DNA of 64,000 nucleotides from Eledone cirrhosa (taxonomy: Eukaryota): positions 355,756,001 to 355,820,000 of the forward strand of contig OZ024741.1 of the NCBI GenBank assembly GCA_964016885.1, in the 5' to 3' direction. Below the pieces are notes generated by a model, which searched no databases, was not told where the DNA came from, and saw only the letters and a program-made list of their open reading frames with translations. Position 1 is the stretch's first letter, and every line of letters starts with the position of its first letter. Shown one piece after another: positions 1-13,905 of this stretch. The position numbers and the translations under genes were made by a program.

Positions 1-728
1 TTTCAAGCATTAAACTAATACATATCTTCACTGTATGTATCGTTTTGCTGCAGCCTCAAACATACCAAGATTATTCTTTGATATATTGGAAAAAAACCTA
101 CCCCTAAATCACAAATATTATAGATTAATAAATGAGAATATACTGAAATTATCTTTTTCAACTACACGAAACGTAGCAGATTTATGCCGGGTATTCAATA
201 ACAATAGGAAAATTTATAAACATAAATTTGAACAAGAAATAAACTACAATATGCAAACCCTCCCTCCTATAACACACTTAGGCTGTCTAGAATAGATAAT
301 TCTATATCTAACTACAATATTTAATTGAAATTGAAGAGTCCCCAGCTCTTGCCCACTTAGAAATAATGTTATATACTCGTGTTAATTCTCGACATTTAAT
401 AACACTTACAATTACAGAGGAGCAACTGCAAATAACTCTAAGACACATTTTTATTCGCATTTACATTCTTTTAAGAATGAACCCCCCCCCCCCAAACTCT
501 ATAGCCTTAGCTAAATTAATCCAGCGTCTGTAAAACGGTACCACGTGGCATATTGTTAATTCTGCAAAACCTTATAGAGGAAGTAGAAGTAAATGCAATG
601 TTTGTCTGACTGAAGCGTTAGAAATAATTACTTCAAAAATTAATCTTCTCAATTCGAAAAATGAAATCATCCCTTCCTGTCGACATAGAACATTTTCTTC
701 CTTTCTCAAAAACTTCCACCCAGATTAA
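1..728 (+). mobile_element. Degenerate 3' fragment of a Penelope-like element (GIY-YIG endonuclease region)
   Basis: Frameshifted peptides FFDILEKNLPLNHKYYRLINENILKLSFSTTRN ... AKPYRGSRSKCNVCLTE ... LLNSKNEIIPSCRHR parallel the C-terminus of the element at 21090-21917. Confidence 0.75.
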
Positions 729-1494
729 TTCTACCCATAACACTTAGAAAATGTGTATCATATAACATTTATAGCCTTCCATTATGTTAAACTATCTTGT
801 AAAATTCATTTCTGGTACCCCATTTTTTTTACTACTAGTGTTTAAGGAACTCTAACTTTTAATTCACACACACACACACACAAGTTCAACAAGTTTTCCT
901 TTTGCTCTCCTATTTATCATATAATTGTAACCCCACCTAGGTTCCCGCCTTATTGTAAAAACAGATTATCTCCTCTGTGCTGCTATAATTTAGTCAGTGA
1001 AATTTCTTGAGTCACTAAACATTTATCTTGATTATATATGTATTTATTTACTGTTGTATGCTTCCATACATTTTTATTATATTCTAAAAGTATTTTTTTC
1101 ATAACTTCACTTACGAAGTCCTAACACACTTTATAATTCTCATTAATATAACTCTAGCTCTATTTTAGTGTATGTTATCCTTTTCGTAACGATATATTAC
1201 AGTCAGTGAAATATCTATAGTTACTAAACGTAAACATTTTATCATTTATAAATTTTAACGTCTTCCCTATTAAATTTAAACGTTATATCGCTTGTTTCTC
1301 CTTCCTGCTATATTTAATTCATATAAGTTAAATTATTTGTATTTAATCGACTCTGATAAGTTATTATTACAGGAATGAACTCTTCATTATTGTTAGCCTA
1401 GCAAAACGTTCGTAAGTCCATTAAATGTTTTAATAATAATCCTTGTCTAAATTTTTGTTTTATATATAGATACAAACAATGACATGCACGCACA

Positions 1495-1697
<203 letters not shown>

Positions 1698-1838
1698 TCG
1701 TATCAGCAAAATACTATGCACACAAGAAAGCAGTTACATAAGACGTACAGACAACTGCATCTCTAGATCTCTTCAGCCATCTTCTGGAGTGCATTTTCGC
1801 ACCGCCCGTCCCCTCAATCTATCTTATTTCTCATTCTT

Positions 1839-1874
1839 TCTTCTGATGAAGGACTAGCGTCCAAAACGTTAAGA
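1839..1874 (+). ncRNA. Minimal type I hammerhead ribozyme motif, core mutated (GAAA to AAAA)
   Basis: tctt-CTGATGA-a-ggac-tagc-gtcc-AAAA-cg-TT-aaga; homologous copy on the minus strand at 26704-26738 keeps GAAA. Confidence 0.65.
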
Positions 1875-1955
1875 CCCTCTTCCTGCTATATCAAGAGTTA
1901 ACCTAATATATCCCTTCCATATACTATACTGATTGTGTTGTTATTTCTGTTTACC

Positions 1956-2084
<129 letters not shown>

Positions 2085-2215
2085 ATTAAATATTAATTAG
2101 TCTCCAATAATTAAACATCTCAATGAATGGATAAAATATATAGATAAAATATCAATCAGAGAAGCAATATTACATATTAAATTTAAATGAAAAAACTCTA
2201 TTTATGGCAGTATAA

Positions 2216-2600
2216 GTCAGACAGAGCCCCAAACATTTTAGTCAATCTTATTTATATATCGATTTCTGTGCCATGGTTTCATTCGTAGAAGGAGCAACTA
2301 TTAGAAAAGATCAATATTTGAAGAATTCACGAATTCGCCGGGGAAGTATTCAACAATTCAAAGAGACCATGTTTATCATGACATTCTACATACCAGTTGC
2401 CGACCCAGCATGATGTACAAAAACAAGTTGTGTAATTCAACCGTTACATGAATAAATGTCTCTTAATAATAGGACCACGTGACAGGCCTACGATGCCGCC
2501 AGAAACAATAGTTGCTTCTTCCACGAATGAAACGAATTTAGGGGGACCGATATATAAGTGAGATAGACTAAAATTTTTTTGGGGGAGGGGTCTGTCTGTA
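2216..2600. repeat. Degenerate fold-back repeat (arms ~2216-2302 and ~2507-2600), probably a Penelope-like terminal repeat remnant
   Basis: cagacagagccccaaacattttagtcaatc...tatatatcg and gtttcattcgtagaaggagcaactatt recur reverse-complemented at 2507-2600. Confidence 0.55.
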
Positions 2601-2611
2601 ATATCTATCTA

Positions 2612-2740
<129 letters not shown>

Positions 2741-2915
2741 GTGTGTATACTTGCAAAGAAAAGACACTTTGTACAACATAGTCATTGATAGAGAGGAAGG
2801 TCACGGCAGGAATGTCTGCGATGAACAACAACAACAATAACAACGACAGTGATAGCAATATTGACTCCACCAATAGCAACAACAGCAACAACAGCTAATA
2901 ACGGAATGTACTTAC

Positions 2916-3146
2916 ATCATTGGCTATTCCATTAAGTAGTCTCATAATGGCGAAAACCCAGAAATATGGGTTGAAGAAACAGACCAAGTTGATTCCAACG
3001 AGTACCATATTTGACAAAATGTGTGTTGGTTTCCGTCCAAACCTCTCAATGAAAATAGGGCTGCATATTCCGCTGATTAGCTGACCGATCACATAGAATG
3101 TCTGCGTCAATTCAGCCATGCCTCTTTTCTGACAAATCAAGTCCCA
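2916..3146 (-). CDS. SLC22/organic cation transporter-like MFS gene, coding exon 3 (77 codons, phase 0/0)
   Basis: ttttcag|TGG GAC TTG ATT TGT ... AAT GAT|gtaagt; peptide WDLICQKRGMAELTQTFYVIGQLISG...IERFGRKP has the SLC22 WDLVC motif and MFS motif A (D/E-R-F-G-R-K/R). Confidence 0.92.
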
Positions 3147-3184
3147 CTGAAAAGAAATTTTTAATAGAGATCACATTAATAATT

Positions 3185-3372
3185 GTTTTTACTTTTGGCA
3201 CAAGACCAGCAATTATCCCAGTGGATTACTGGTGCTCTATTTTATCGACCCAGTAAGAATGAAAGGCAAAGTTAACCCCGGCCGGATTTGAACTCAGAAC
3301 GTAAATGGCTGTAACTCTAAGCTGCAAAGCATGGTGTCTGACTCTCAACTGATACTGCCAATCCACTGCCCT
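3185..3372 (-). mobile_element. tRNA-derived SINE, family A, in the short SLC22 intron
   Basis: Reverse complement of the consensus tggcagtatc...gagttcaaatcc...ctttcat...gtcgataaaata...gccaaaagta. Confidence 0.85.
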
Positions 3373-3398
3373 TCACTAACAATAAATAATGAACTCAC

Positions 3399-3607
3399 CT
3401 TAGAAACAATAGATTTATCTACCCGAGTGATATAATGATAGCCATTCAAACAGGGTAGCGTTTCGTTGCGGTCCAAGTAATTGTCCTTATCCCCGGTGAT
3501 AGAAATTGTACATTCGTCATAAACAATATTCATTTGATCATATGAGACATTGTATTGGATGAGTTGTTCCTCAGTCAAATTTTTACAAATTTGTTCGGTT
3601 TGGCGAC
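3399..3607 (-). CDS. SLC22-like gene, coding exon 2 (Cys-containing extracellular loop; phase 1/0)
   Basis: catag|GT CGC CAA ACC ... TCT AAG|gtgagt; 209 nt = 2+69 codons; RQTEQICKNLT...DEC...LPCLNGYHY...KSIVSK runs in frame into WDLIC. Confidence 0.9.
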
Positions 3608-3679
3608 CTATGTGAAGGAAATAGAAAAAAGAAGATATGCAATTTTGGATGTTAAAAGTTAGTCTCTCTCAAGCCCAGA

Positions 3680-5150
3680 TGCTCATCAAGCTGGAACTTA
3701 TCCAGGTGTCATTGGCATAACGCGATTGAAAGTATAAGACTACCCCTGGACAGGATGCAAGAGTGTCACAGGGTTACTCATTTACTGATACTAATTTTCA
3801 GTTGAGCTGACAGGAGCAAAATCAAACAAAGTGTTTTGAACAATAGAATGCACTGCTCGGTCGATGAACGAATCTTCGGCGTTATGATCGTGGGCTGAAC
3901 ACCTTAACCACTAGGTCACGAATGAACCTTTCAAAATAATGACTCTCTCGCAGAAAAAGCAGCCCGTAACGTTTATTTTCCAAAACGAAGTCCTTTATTC
4001 ACTTTAATAACCCCTACCACCACCACCACACACACATATACACACACACACATACACACACACACTCCCACACACGCACACACGCACACACATACACACA
4101 TACACACATATACATAATGACTATTGGGTGCTTTTAACGGAGTCTACTCTGTTGCAAGCGTTGGGACTATTCTGTTGATCCGAGGACACCCTAAAAAAGA
4201 CCATGGTTGTGATCTTTCCTGCTCTAAATTATTAATATATAAAGTCCCAAAAGAATGCAAGCTACATTCCTTTGCTTCTATATTTCGGGGGTTCAATGTT
4301 ATTTTTCCAGCTGTTATTTACGAAGGCAAAAAATTTAATATAAACGATAAATGGTAGAGGCCCGTGACCCATTGGTAAGGGTGTTGAACTTGTGATCATA
4401 ATATCCTAGTTTCGATTCTTAGGCTGGGTGGCGTGTTGTGTTCTTAAGCAAAACACTTCATTTCACATTGCACCAGTATACTAGCTGAAAATGAGTAGCA
4501 GCAATAGCTGGGGGTTTAACCCTGCTATGGACTGCCGTCCTGTCCGGGGGGAATCTTGTACTCTCAGTAGCTTCACGCCACGAAACCGGGATAAGCACCA
4601 GCCTGACGCGCCTGCTGGCTTGAGACAGACTTTAGATCTTTTATTTAGATAAACGATATGGTTGAAGAAATGTGTGAAGGAAATGGATTTTAAATGGGTT
4701 AGAATGAAGTAGTCGAAGAATAAGAACATATTTATAGTGCATTTGGATTTATTATCATAGAAAGAATTGTTTTCGTGTCTTATCAGCATTATACATTATC
4801 TATATTTTGTAAAGGGAGCCGTAACTTCTGCCTTGCTATCTAACCGATACGATTATAAAGATCTAAGTGAATATGTTATTAATTCTAATCTTTGTTTAAA
4901 GTCTGTCTCAAGCCAGGAGGCTCGTCATGCCTGTGCTTATCCTAGTATCGTGGTGTGAAGCAACTGAGAGTACAAGACCCCCACCCCTGGACAGGACACC
5001 AGCTATTGATGGTACTCATTTTCACCTGAGTATACTGTAGCAACGGGAAATGAAGTGTTTTGCTCAAGAACACAACACATAATCCCGCCCAGGAATAATG
5101 CCCACGACATTATGATCGTAATTTCCTCACCTTTACCACTAGGCCACGTA
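3680..5150. mobile_element. Three copies of tRNA-derived SINE family B (~3680-3920 minus, ~4358-4625 plus, ~4920-5150 minus)
   Basis: Shared gtgttcttgagcaaaacacttcatttcac and ctgaaaatgagta motifs with a tRNA-like head. Confidence 0.75.
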
Positions 5151-5479
5151 CCTCAACGATTGCATAGGTTAAATAAACGTGCGTGAGATTATCTTCACCA
5201 CAGATAAGTGAATGGTTTCTCAACTGTACATTGAAAAACAAAATGATCCAAATAAACTCCCCAATTAGAAATATCGTGATGTAATTCAAGTCAGACCACT
5301 GGACCGTGCGAACGAACAAGACAAACTTTCATCGGTTGATTCGTGCTGCTACCATTAGCCACTACATACACATATACACCAATACATTACTAATGTACAT
5401 GCCATACTTAAGACTGTTCACCCCGCAAAAAAAAATAAAAATTATGCGATACATTCATAACAGATTTATTAACTAAGAC

Positions 5480-5726
5480 TCGGTCATGTAGTGTATTGAC
5501 AAATGTAACTGAACTTGGATTTGTAAAGAAAAAACGTGGCTCATTAATTCATAAGCTACAGTTGGCCGTGGTATCTTGGAACCTTTAAAATCTGTAAAAA
5601 AATTCTTACGATTCAAAGGATGAACGCTTACACAAGAGACAACGAAACTTTCTTTTCTTTCACAACATTGCCACCGAGAAGGTGGGCGGTCAAAAATAAA
5701 CTAAAAATTAAGAGGAAGAGAGAATA
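5480..5726 (+). mobile_element. 3'-terminal fragment of an R4/Dong-like LINE, same family as 7997-12228
   Basis: actgaacttggatttgt...tttcttttctttcacaac.ttgccacc...aattaagag.aagaga matches 12034-12228; followed by (TACA)n. Confidence 0.85.
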
Positions 5727-5949
5727 TACATACATACATACGTATATACATACATACGCATATGCATACATTCGCATATACATACATGCATACATACATA
5801 CATACATACATACATACATACATACATACATACATACATACGTACGTACGTATGTACATACATACGTACGTACATACATACATGCATATATACACACATT
5901 CATACGTACATACATACATACAAACATACAAACATACATATACATACAT

Positions 5950-7822
5950 AAAACCCCTTGTCCTTTCTGCTCAAGAAATGTGAAGGATACATCATTGGCT
6001 CACAGGAGAAATACAAACCTAACCCATGATTTCTTTGTGGATGATCTGAAACTCTATGCCAAGAACATAGATGGGATGAAGGAACATTTTGACCTGGTTA
6101 CAACATTCACAAAGGATATAGGAATGGAGTTTGGCCAAGATAAATGCTCATATATGTCTGTAAAACGGGGAAAAACAACAACCCAATCTAGCAACATTGT
6201 CATCAATGGCCTAACTGTTTCACCGATATCTGATGAGGACTGCTACAGATACCTGGGGATAGATGAGAACATATCCTATAATGGTATATGTAATAAGGAA
6301 CGCGTAACCAGGGAATATTACACCCGATTAAGAAAAATATGGTCATCGGAACTCTCTGCGCACAATAAAACAGTGGCTCACAATGTGTTTGCTGTGCCTG
6401 TCCTAACACCAACGTTTGGAATACTCAATTGGACGATAGACGAAATCTGAGCAATTGATGTTAGAACTCGAAAAATACTAAACAACACCAGAAACTTCCA
6501 CATCAACAGTGACATAGACCGCCTTTATTTGAAACGTAAGCAGGGAGGCAGACGCCTAACATCAGTCCAGACAACATTTGAATGTCGCATCATATCCCTC
6601 CGACAACATCTACCAGCCTCGAAGCGTAGGAGCCCGTCTCTCGAGCAAGTCTATCTGTATGTGACAGGTAAGATCACGAGAGTTGGGAAGGAACCCCTTG
6701 AAAGATATTCCATGTGTGATAATCAAAAACTCACACCCAGGGAAGTTGCTCAGCAGTATCGCAGTGAATCCATGGATGTAAAACTGCATGCTTATGAGCA
6801 AAAAATCATGCATGGATATGTTCCAGGAAGCTCCAGAGTGAGAGTAATATAGATAAACAAAGTAGTCTATCTTGGACCAACAACCATTATATTGGCTCCC
6901 ACTTTGAAGGATACGCTTTTGCAATCCAAGAACAGGAAATCAACATGAAATACCTGATTCACAAAAGAGATAGGGATGCAGGCAAAACGCCTAGATGTGA
7001 TAACAAGTGCAGACTCTAATGAACTAACATCGAAGATGTCACCCATGTCATAAGCAACTGTCCAAAGATGTCATCGCGGTACTATCTACCTATGAGGCAT
7101 GATGTAGTGGCCAAAACACTGTACAATGCAATCCGTAGAAAAGATAGCCCCGATGATAAACACATTAAAAGCTACAGCAATGTGGAAGACATACATATAC
7201 ATAATATGAAAGAGTACTGGAATGTTCCAGTAAAAACCCCAATAAAATGCAGGCATAACAGACCAGATATTATGATATGGGACAGGGAAAAGAAGCCATG
7301 CACACAAGTGGAAGTTAGCTGTCCAGCAGATGCCAATATAATATCAAAGATTAGCGGAAAGGAGAATATTTATGCAGAACTGATGAGAAATCTGCAGATA
7401 CTCCACCCTGATTATACTTTCAGATTTATGCCTGTGATTATTGGGGCACTGGGATATGTTAGTAACTGCCTCAATACAAATCTTGAGAAGCTGGGCTTCA
7501 CAGGAACAGAAAGAACACAACTAGTTAGGAAATTACAAGTACAATCCATTAATGGAACAGTAAAAATATGTAAAACATTCCAAAAATGTTGCATCTAATA
7601 ACTGCATATACACATGTACAGAAACAAAGCGTATTTACATGCACACACACAACTAAAAACATCCACACATACAATAACATCCATACCTGCACATACATGC
7701 ATGCATTCAGACATGCATACATATCTACCTAGTTGATATGTAAATTCCAATGAGAGAGTCTCGTATCTATGTTAGAAACCGACTCTCTATTGGCAAAAAT
7801 TTGTGAAATTATAAAACCAGAA
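5950..7822 (+). mobile_element. 5'-truncated, decayed R4/Dong-like non-LTR retrotransposon (RT C-terminal half + RLE), second subfamily
   Basis: FFVDDLKLY, YRYLG, MSSRYYLPMRHD, HNRPDI, VEVSCP, PVIIGALG; several stops and frameshifts; (TACA)n on both sides. Confidence 0.92.
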
Positions 7823-7996
7823 ACACATACATACATACACATACATACATACGTATATCCGCACATACATACGTAAATACATACATACATACATATATAC
7901 GTACGTACGTACGTACGTACATACATACATACATACATACATACATACATACATACATACATACATACATACATACATACATACATACATACATAG

Positions 7997-10900
7997 CGAC
8001 ATAAAATGGCGACCGTTGTGGTCAGTGTCCGATAATCGGACGTGTGTAATTACGGCTTACATGAAGGCAACATACCATATATTGGAAAAAGTTGAGCTAC
8101 ATTACGCGGTAAGATTACATACAATAATTCTACATAAGTGTTTGAACTGTAAGTGTGTTGTAAAACACCTATTTATATGAACGATACATACACTTATGAT
8201 ATATGAACGATACATACACTTTAACATATAAATGCAACGTTGTTATATTACATTTATAAAGAAATATACAAGTAACGTTTTCGATTCAGAAACAAAAATA
8301 TAAGTGTTTTAACTGTGAATATGTTGTGAATAGGTTGTAGAACACCTATTTATATGAATGATACATAAACTTTAACATATAAATACAGCGTTGTTATATT
8401 ATATTACATTCATAAAGGAATATACTAAGTAACGGTTCTTTTTGTTCTCGATTCAAACGATTCAAGAGCAACGTTTAAAACACAGTTGTAGAATTAAAAA
8501 CTAACTGAAAAGAAATATTACTCAAGCTGTGAATAACTTTAAATTTGATTCTGACAGAACTTTGTCGTAACTTTTAAAGAAGATCATCGTCTATTTTGAA
8601 AAATAAATACGAAATATTAGTGAATAGACGAACTCATCATGGCAAAAAGTACAAGTCTCCTTCGACCAAATCGCAATTACAACCGTTGTACACAGTGGAG
8701 CTACGAGCTTAACAAAGTATTATATGAAGCATACAAACAATCTGAACCCCAAAAGTTCGGTTTTATGCAAAGGCTAAAAACTTTATGGAACTCCAAACAC
8801 CCAGAATTAGACTTTTCTCCAAAGCATTTAAACGAACAGGCAAAACGTATCATTAGATGTAAATTGATACATCTAACGGAATCGAGTGATACTACAAATA
8901 CAGCCCTTGTAGACAACCACCCCACCTCCACTGACAGACAAAGAGAATGGCCAGCTAAATCTAACAGTGAACAGCTCACCAACAATTTTGCTGAAATCCA
9001 TCCCACTTCCACTGAAGAACAGCGAGAAAGGTCAGCTGACTCTAGTAGTAATTGTCACCACATCAACAACGAGGCTGAAATTCATGACTCTACTGAACAA
9101 ACAGAGCACCAAAAACTTGTGGGCTCCCTACAAGTGATATGGAACGATATGTTTCAAGAGATACACAGCCTTAATGTGAGTGACAGACCATACAACACTA
9201 GAGTCAGTAAAGAACCCACTAAATTGGAATTGGAAGCGGTGAACGAAATAGCTGGCAATTATCTGAAGGCTATACGATCTAAAGGTGTAGAAACGACATT
9301 TGAAACGCTTAATGTTTTGTTATATGTTTCAGCTGTCACATTGCTATCATATAACACACATCTAAAACCACGCAATCAAGATACAAACAGAAAGCCTGAA
9401 CCAGCGTGGATGCGAAATTTAAAAACCAAAATTTTGTCCCTGAGACGAAGTATCTCACACATCGCAGTCGTTATGAAATGCAACATAGAGAGCAACTTCA
9501 CACAACACCAGGAAGACCTAAAGAAAAAGTTAGAGAGAAGATTTGGAGATACAAAATTTAAAACTTTGAACTCCAAATTACACCAGTTGAAACAACAACT
9601 CACAGCTACAACAGAAAGACTAAAATATAAGTCAACAGCACATAAACGACAAGTACTAAATAGATTGTTTGCCAGAGATCCTAAATCAGTTTATCGCAGC
9701 TTCGGTGGCAAAAGCTCAATCTCTGTAAATGACACCCCTTCAAAAGAACAGGTTGAGAGCTACTGGAGATCTGTATGGGAAACGGATGACGGATTCAACA
9801 GACAAGCTAATTGGCTAAAAGAACTGGAACAGGACTACTGCCAACATGTCCAGACAAAACAATATGACATAGATGGGTCAATACTGGAAACAGCTCTACA
9901 GAAAATGTCGAATAGGAAATCGCCAGGCCCAGACCTCATTACAGGATACTGGTTGAAGAATTTCACTTTCTATCGGCAAGATCTCATACGGCTGTTTACA
10001 GAAACCATTAAGGGCACACAAGAACTGCCCAGATGGTTATCAACTGCCTCTACTCTCCTCATTCCCCAAAATAGCCAAACCACCCTTGCTAAAAATTACC
10101 GCCCAATTGCCTGCCAAAACATCATGTATAAATTATATACTGGGTGCCTTAACCTGTTCTTACAGGATCACTGTGCTACCAACAACATCATAACACCTGA
10201 GCAAGCTGGTGGAAAGAGGGAGGTGTGGGGTTGCATAGATCACCTACTAACTAACAAAATGATTCAGGAAAAAACAACAAAGAATCGCAGAAACATGACT
10301 GTCGTGTGGCTGGACTATCAAAAAGCATTTGATAGTGTACCTCATGGGTGGATTGTTAAGGCTTTACAGTTAGCTAAAGTCCCACAACCATTGGTAGCTG
10401 CTGTTGAACGCCTGACCAAGGACTGGTACACCAGTTTGATCCTTAGAGGTGAGAAGGAGCAGGTTAAGACTGATAAGATACATTACCAGAAGGGCATCTT
10501 TCAGGGTGATAGCTTGTCAGTGCTACTCTTCGTTCTCTCACTGAATCCACTATCTTACCTACTCAGGAAACAAGGTGGACAAAGAAGTGGGACCAGAAGT
10601 ATCTCCCATCTTTTCTTTGTTGATGACCTGAAGTTGTATGGGCCAAATATCAATGACATCAAGAAACAATTGGACCTCATTACACAATTTTCAACCGACA
10701 TCAAAATGAAATTTGGTGAGTCCAAGTGTGCATATTTGGCAGTAAAACGTGGAAGAGCTGTGCCCTCCTCTAGAAATCTAGAGATGAACGGCCTGACAAT
10801 ACAACCTCTGCAGTCAGGTGACAACTACAGATATCTTGGACAGGATGAGAATGTCAGATATGATGGACCCATAAATAAGGAGAGAACCAGAACTGAATAC

Positions 10901-12228
10901 CTCAGAAGAGTAAAGAAAATATGGTCATCAGAACTGTCAGCATACAACAAATACATTGCCCACAATACTTATGCTGTGCCAATTCTAACGCCAACATTTG
11001 GCCTACTGAACTGGTCATTGCAAGAACTAAGTGAGATGGATGTTAGAACTCGAAAACTTCTCAGTGTTACTGGGAACTTTAACATCTATGGTGATGTGGA
11101 TAGGCTATACTTCTCACGCAAGGAAGGTGGCCGGGGTCTAAAATCAATATTAACAACATATGAGACCCGGATAGTGACACTGAAGCAACACCTTCAACAG
11201 AGGAAAAAGGTTGGCAACCATCTTGCCCAGGTTTATGACCATGAAAAAAGAAATATCATTAGAATAGCGACTGATCTGGAGGAGAGATATGGAATAAAGC
11301 CTGATATAAATCTCTCACCCAGAGAAATCGGAAGATCCTATTCAATGTTCAAACAAGATTAAAAAATTGACCAATTTACAGAAAAAGTTGTGCATGGATA
11401 CTTGAGGCGTAAAACACAGACCATAGAGGGGATAAACCACTCAAAAAGCCTGGCATGGAGTTCCGACAAGTTTATGACATCACACCTTGAGGGATATCTC
11501 TATGCAATACAGGAACAAGAACTCCCTACCAAATATCTGCTGCACAAAAGAGGAGGGCCAGCAGCTGACAATAAATGTAGGCTATGTAAAACAAAGATCG
11601 AGGATGTAAGCCACATTGTTGCCAGCTGCGAAAGAATGTCATCTCGCTACTACCTCCCCATGAGACACGATGGGATAGCTAGAACCATCTGGAACGCACT
11701 TCGGAAAACAAAATTAACAACAAACGAGGAAGAATATATTGAGACAGATGGCACTAAGGAATACTGGTGGAACCTGAAAATAAAAACTGCCACCAAATTA
11801 AAGCACAACCGGCCTGATATTGTAGTTTGGGATCACACATTGAAAACGTGTTCTGTTGTGGAGATCAGCTGCCCACTTGATGTAAACGTTGTCAGAAAAA
11901 TACAGGAGAAGGAGGACATCTACGGACCATTGATGAGGAGTTTACAAATCCAGTATCCAAGATACACCTTTAGCTTCATACCCATCATTATTGGTGCTAC
12001 GGGTTATATACAACCCGCTTGGACCAAAGTATGACTGAACTTGGATTTGTGGACAAAAAGCGCAGCTCCCTAATTCATAGTCTACAAATGGCTGCGATAG
12101 CTGGCACCTTCAAAATTTGCAAAACATTCTTGCGATTCAAGGGATGACAATTTCTTTTCTTTTACAACCTTGCCACCAGGAAGGTGGCCGGTCAAAAAAA
12201 TATACTCGAAATTAAGAGAAAGAGAAAA
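7997..12228 (+). mobile_element. Near full-length R4/Dong-like non-LTR retrotransposon (single ORF 8639-12147, RT + restriction-like endonuclease)
   Basis: KSPGPD, NYRPIAC, WLDYQKAFDSVPH, GIFQGDSLS, FFVDDLKLY, CRLCK..HIVASC..RHD, RPD, EISCP; one in-frame stop at 11360-11362 and one frameshift near 12010; ~640-nt 5' UTR with an internal tandem duplication (~8140-8455). Confidence 0.95.
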
Positions 12229-12256
12229 CATACATATTTATGAAAATTCAACTTAC

Positions 12257-12395
12257 TAACAAATATGAAAAAATGTAAATTGGCTGCTATGGTAATGCTG
12301 GATACACACCACATGGCGAATTGTGTCATATGGAATAATTTCCAGTCTCCAAGCTGAAGAATGATTTTATCGATGTTCTCTGTCAACGGTTCAAT
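12257..12395 (-). CDS. SLC22-like first coding segment, copy B (start position reads ATT; possible pseudo-exon)
   Basis: (I)EPLTENIDKIILQLGDWKLFHMTQFAMWCVSSITIAANLHFFIFV + A|gtaagt; phase-1 donor fits the exon at 3607; aligns without gaps to 32288-32426. Confidence 0.8.
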
Positions 12396-13008
12396 GATGT
12401 CCTGAGTGTCTCACTTTCAACAAATACTGACCAGAAATACAGTCAAACTAATATGTAAAGTGTTTGATAAGAGATCTTACATAAGAGATAAGAGATACTC
12501 CCACAATAGAGGAATGTATATGCTAATGAAATTATTGTGATATGCTAGGAGTATAAAAATGATTTGGTTGACTTACCAAGTAAATATGTATTATGTGTGT
12601 GTATGTGTGGATGTTTGTGTATGTGTGTGTGTGTGAGGATGTGCGTGTGTGCGTGTACGTTTGCATATATATGAATGCATGCCTATATATATATGTATAT
12701 ATATATAGTATTTGTGTGTGTGTGTGTAGGTGTGTGGATGTCAGTGTGTACGTATATATACATGTGTGTGTATGTGTGTGTGTGTGTGTGCGTGTGCGTG
12801 TGTGTGCGTGTGCGTGTGTGTGTGTTCAGGATCTGTTACAGGTTTGTGTGACTGACCGTTGCCTAAAAGTGCTCCAAATTCTGTAACCAGATAAGCGATT
12901 GCAGTACTCTTAGCAGTGTATGGATGTCAGTGTGTGCGTATTATATATATATATACGCAAAAGAATTAATGAAAGAGTTACAAGCCGTTAAAACATATCT
13001 TTATAAAG

Positions 13009-13047
13009 CTCTTACTTATGTTTCGCCCAGTGGGGCTCGTCGGAGGC
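13009..13047 (-). ncRNA. Degenerate minimal hammerhead ribozyme motif
   Basis: Minus strand: gcct-CCGACGA-gccc-cact-gggc-GAAA-cataag-TA-agag; perfect stem II, core U4 changed to C. Confidence 0.55.
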
Positions 13048-13261
13048 GGATATTGAAGGCAAGGTTTTTAATTATAGACCCTAATAGGGTAAAATAATAG
13101 TTATATATCACAGTGAATATTAAATTTAAATGTCAAACGTGAAAGGAGTGTAGTTTGCTAAGGGAGGTAATTGCAGTGCAAGTATAAAGTTTACTGTCTA
13201 ACTTATGCTCATTACCTCTTCTTTCTATCCTTTTTTTACGATAAACTATTATTTGCTTTGA

Positions 13262-13662
13262 CGCATAGAGTTACGGCCCTTGTCATTATGAGTTCAAATC
13301 ACGCCGAGGTTAACTTTGCCTTTCATCCTTACAGGGTCGATAAAATAAAGTACCAGTAATACACTGGGTATTTGCTAGCCTTGTGCCAAAAGTATTATGG
13401 GGTCGATAAAATAAAGTACCAGTAATACACAGGGTAATTGCTGGCCTTGTGCCAAAAGTAGAAACAATTATTATATAGGATTGGCAGTATCGGTAGAGAG
13501 TCGGACGCCATGCTTTGCAGCAAAGAGTTACGGCCCTTTATGATCTGAGTTCAAATCGTGCCGAGGTTAACTTTGCCTTTCATCCTTACGGGGGTGATAA
13601 AATAAAGTACCAGTAATGCACTGGGTAATTGCTGGCCTTGTGCCAAAAGTAGAAACAATTAT
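13262..13662 (+). mobile_element. Chain of three family A SINE copies, two 5'-truncated
   Basis: ggtcgataaaataaagtaccagtaat...gccttgtgccaaaagta occurs three times; A box tggcagtatcgg and B box gagttcaaatc in the last copy. Confidence 0.9.
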
Positions 13663-13673
13663 TATATATATAT

Positions 13674-13820
13674 ACTAGCAGAATGGCCCGGCGTTGTTCG
13701 GGATTTGCTCTAGGGTTCTTATATATTTGATATATATTTATCCTTATCGAGCCTCGTGAAATAAATACGTTTGTTTATATTTTGTTATTGTGTATGCAAA
13801 AATATCTGTACACGAATATA

Positions 13821-13905
<85 letters not shown>

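Noticed and set aside
5620-5950. N-terminal part of the 276-aa ORF
   Set aside because: LINE 3' UTR plus microsatellite fortuitously in frame with a truncated RT fragment
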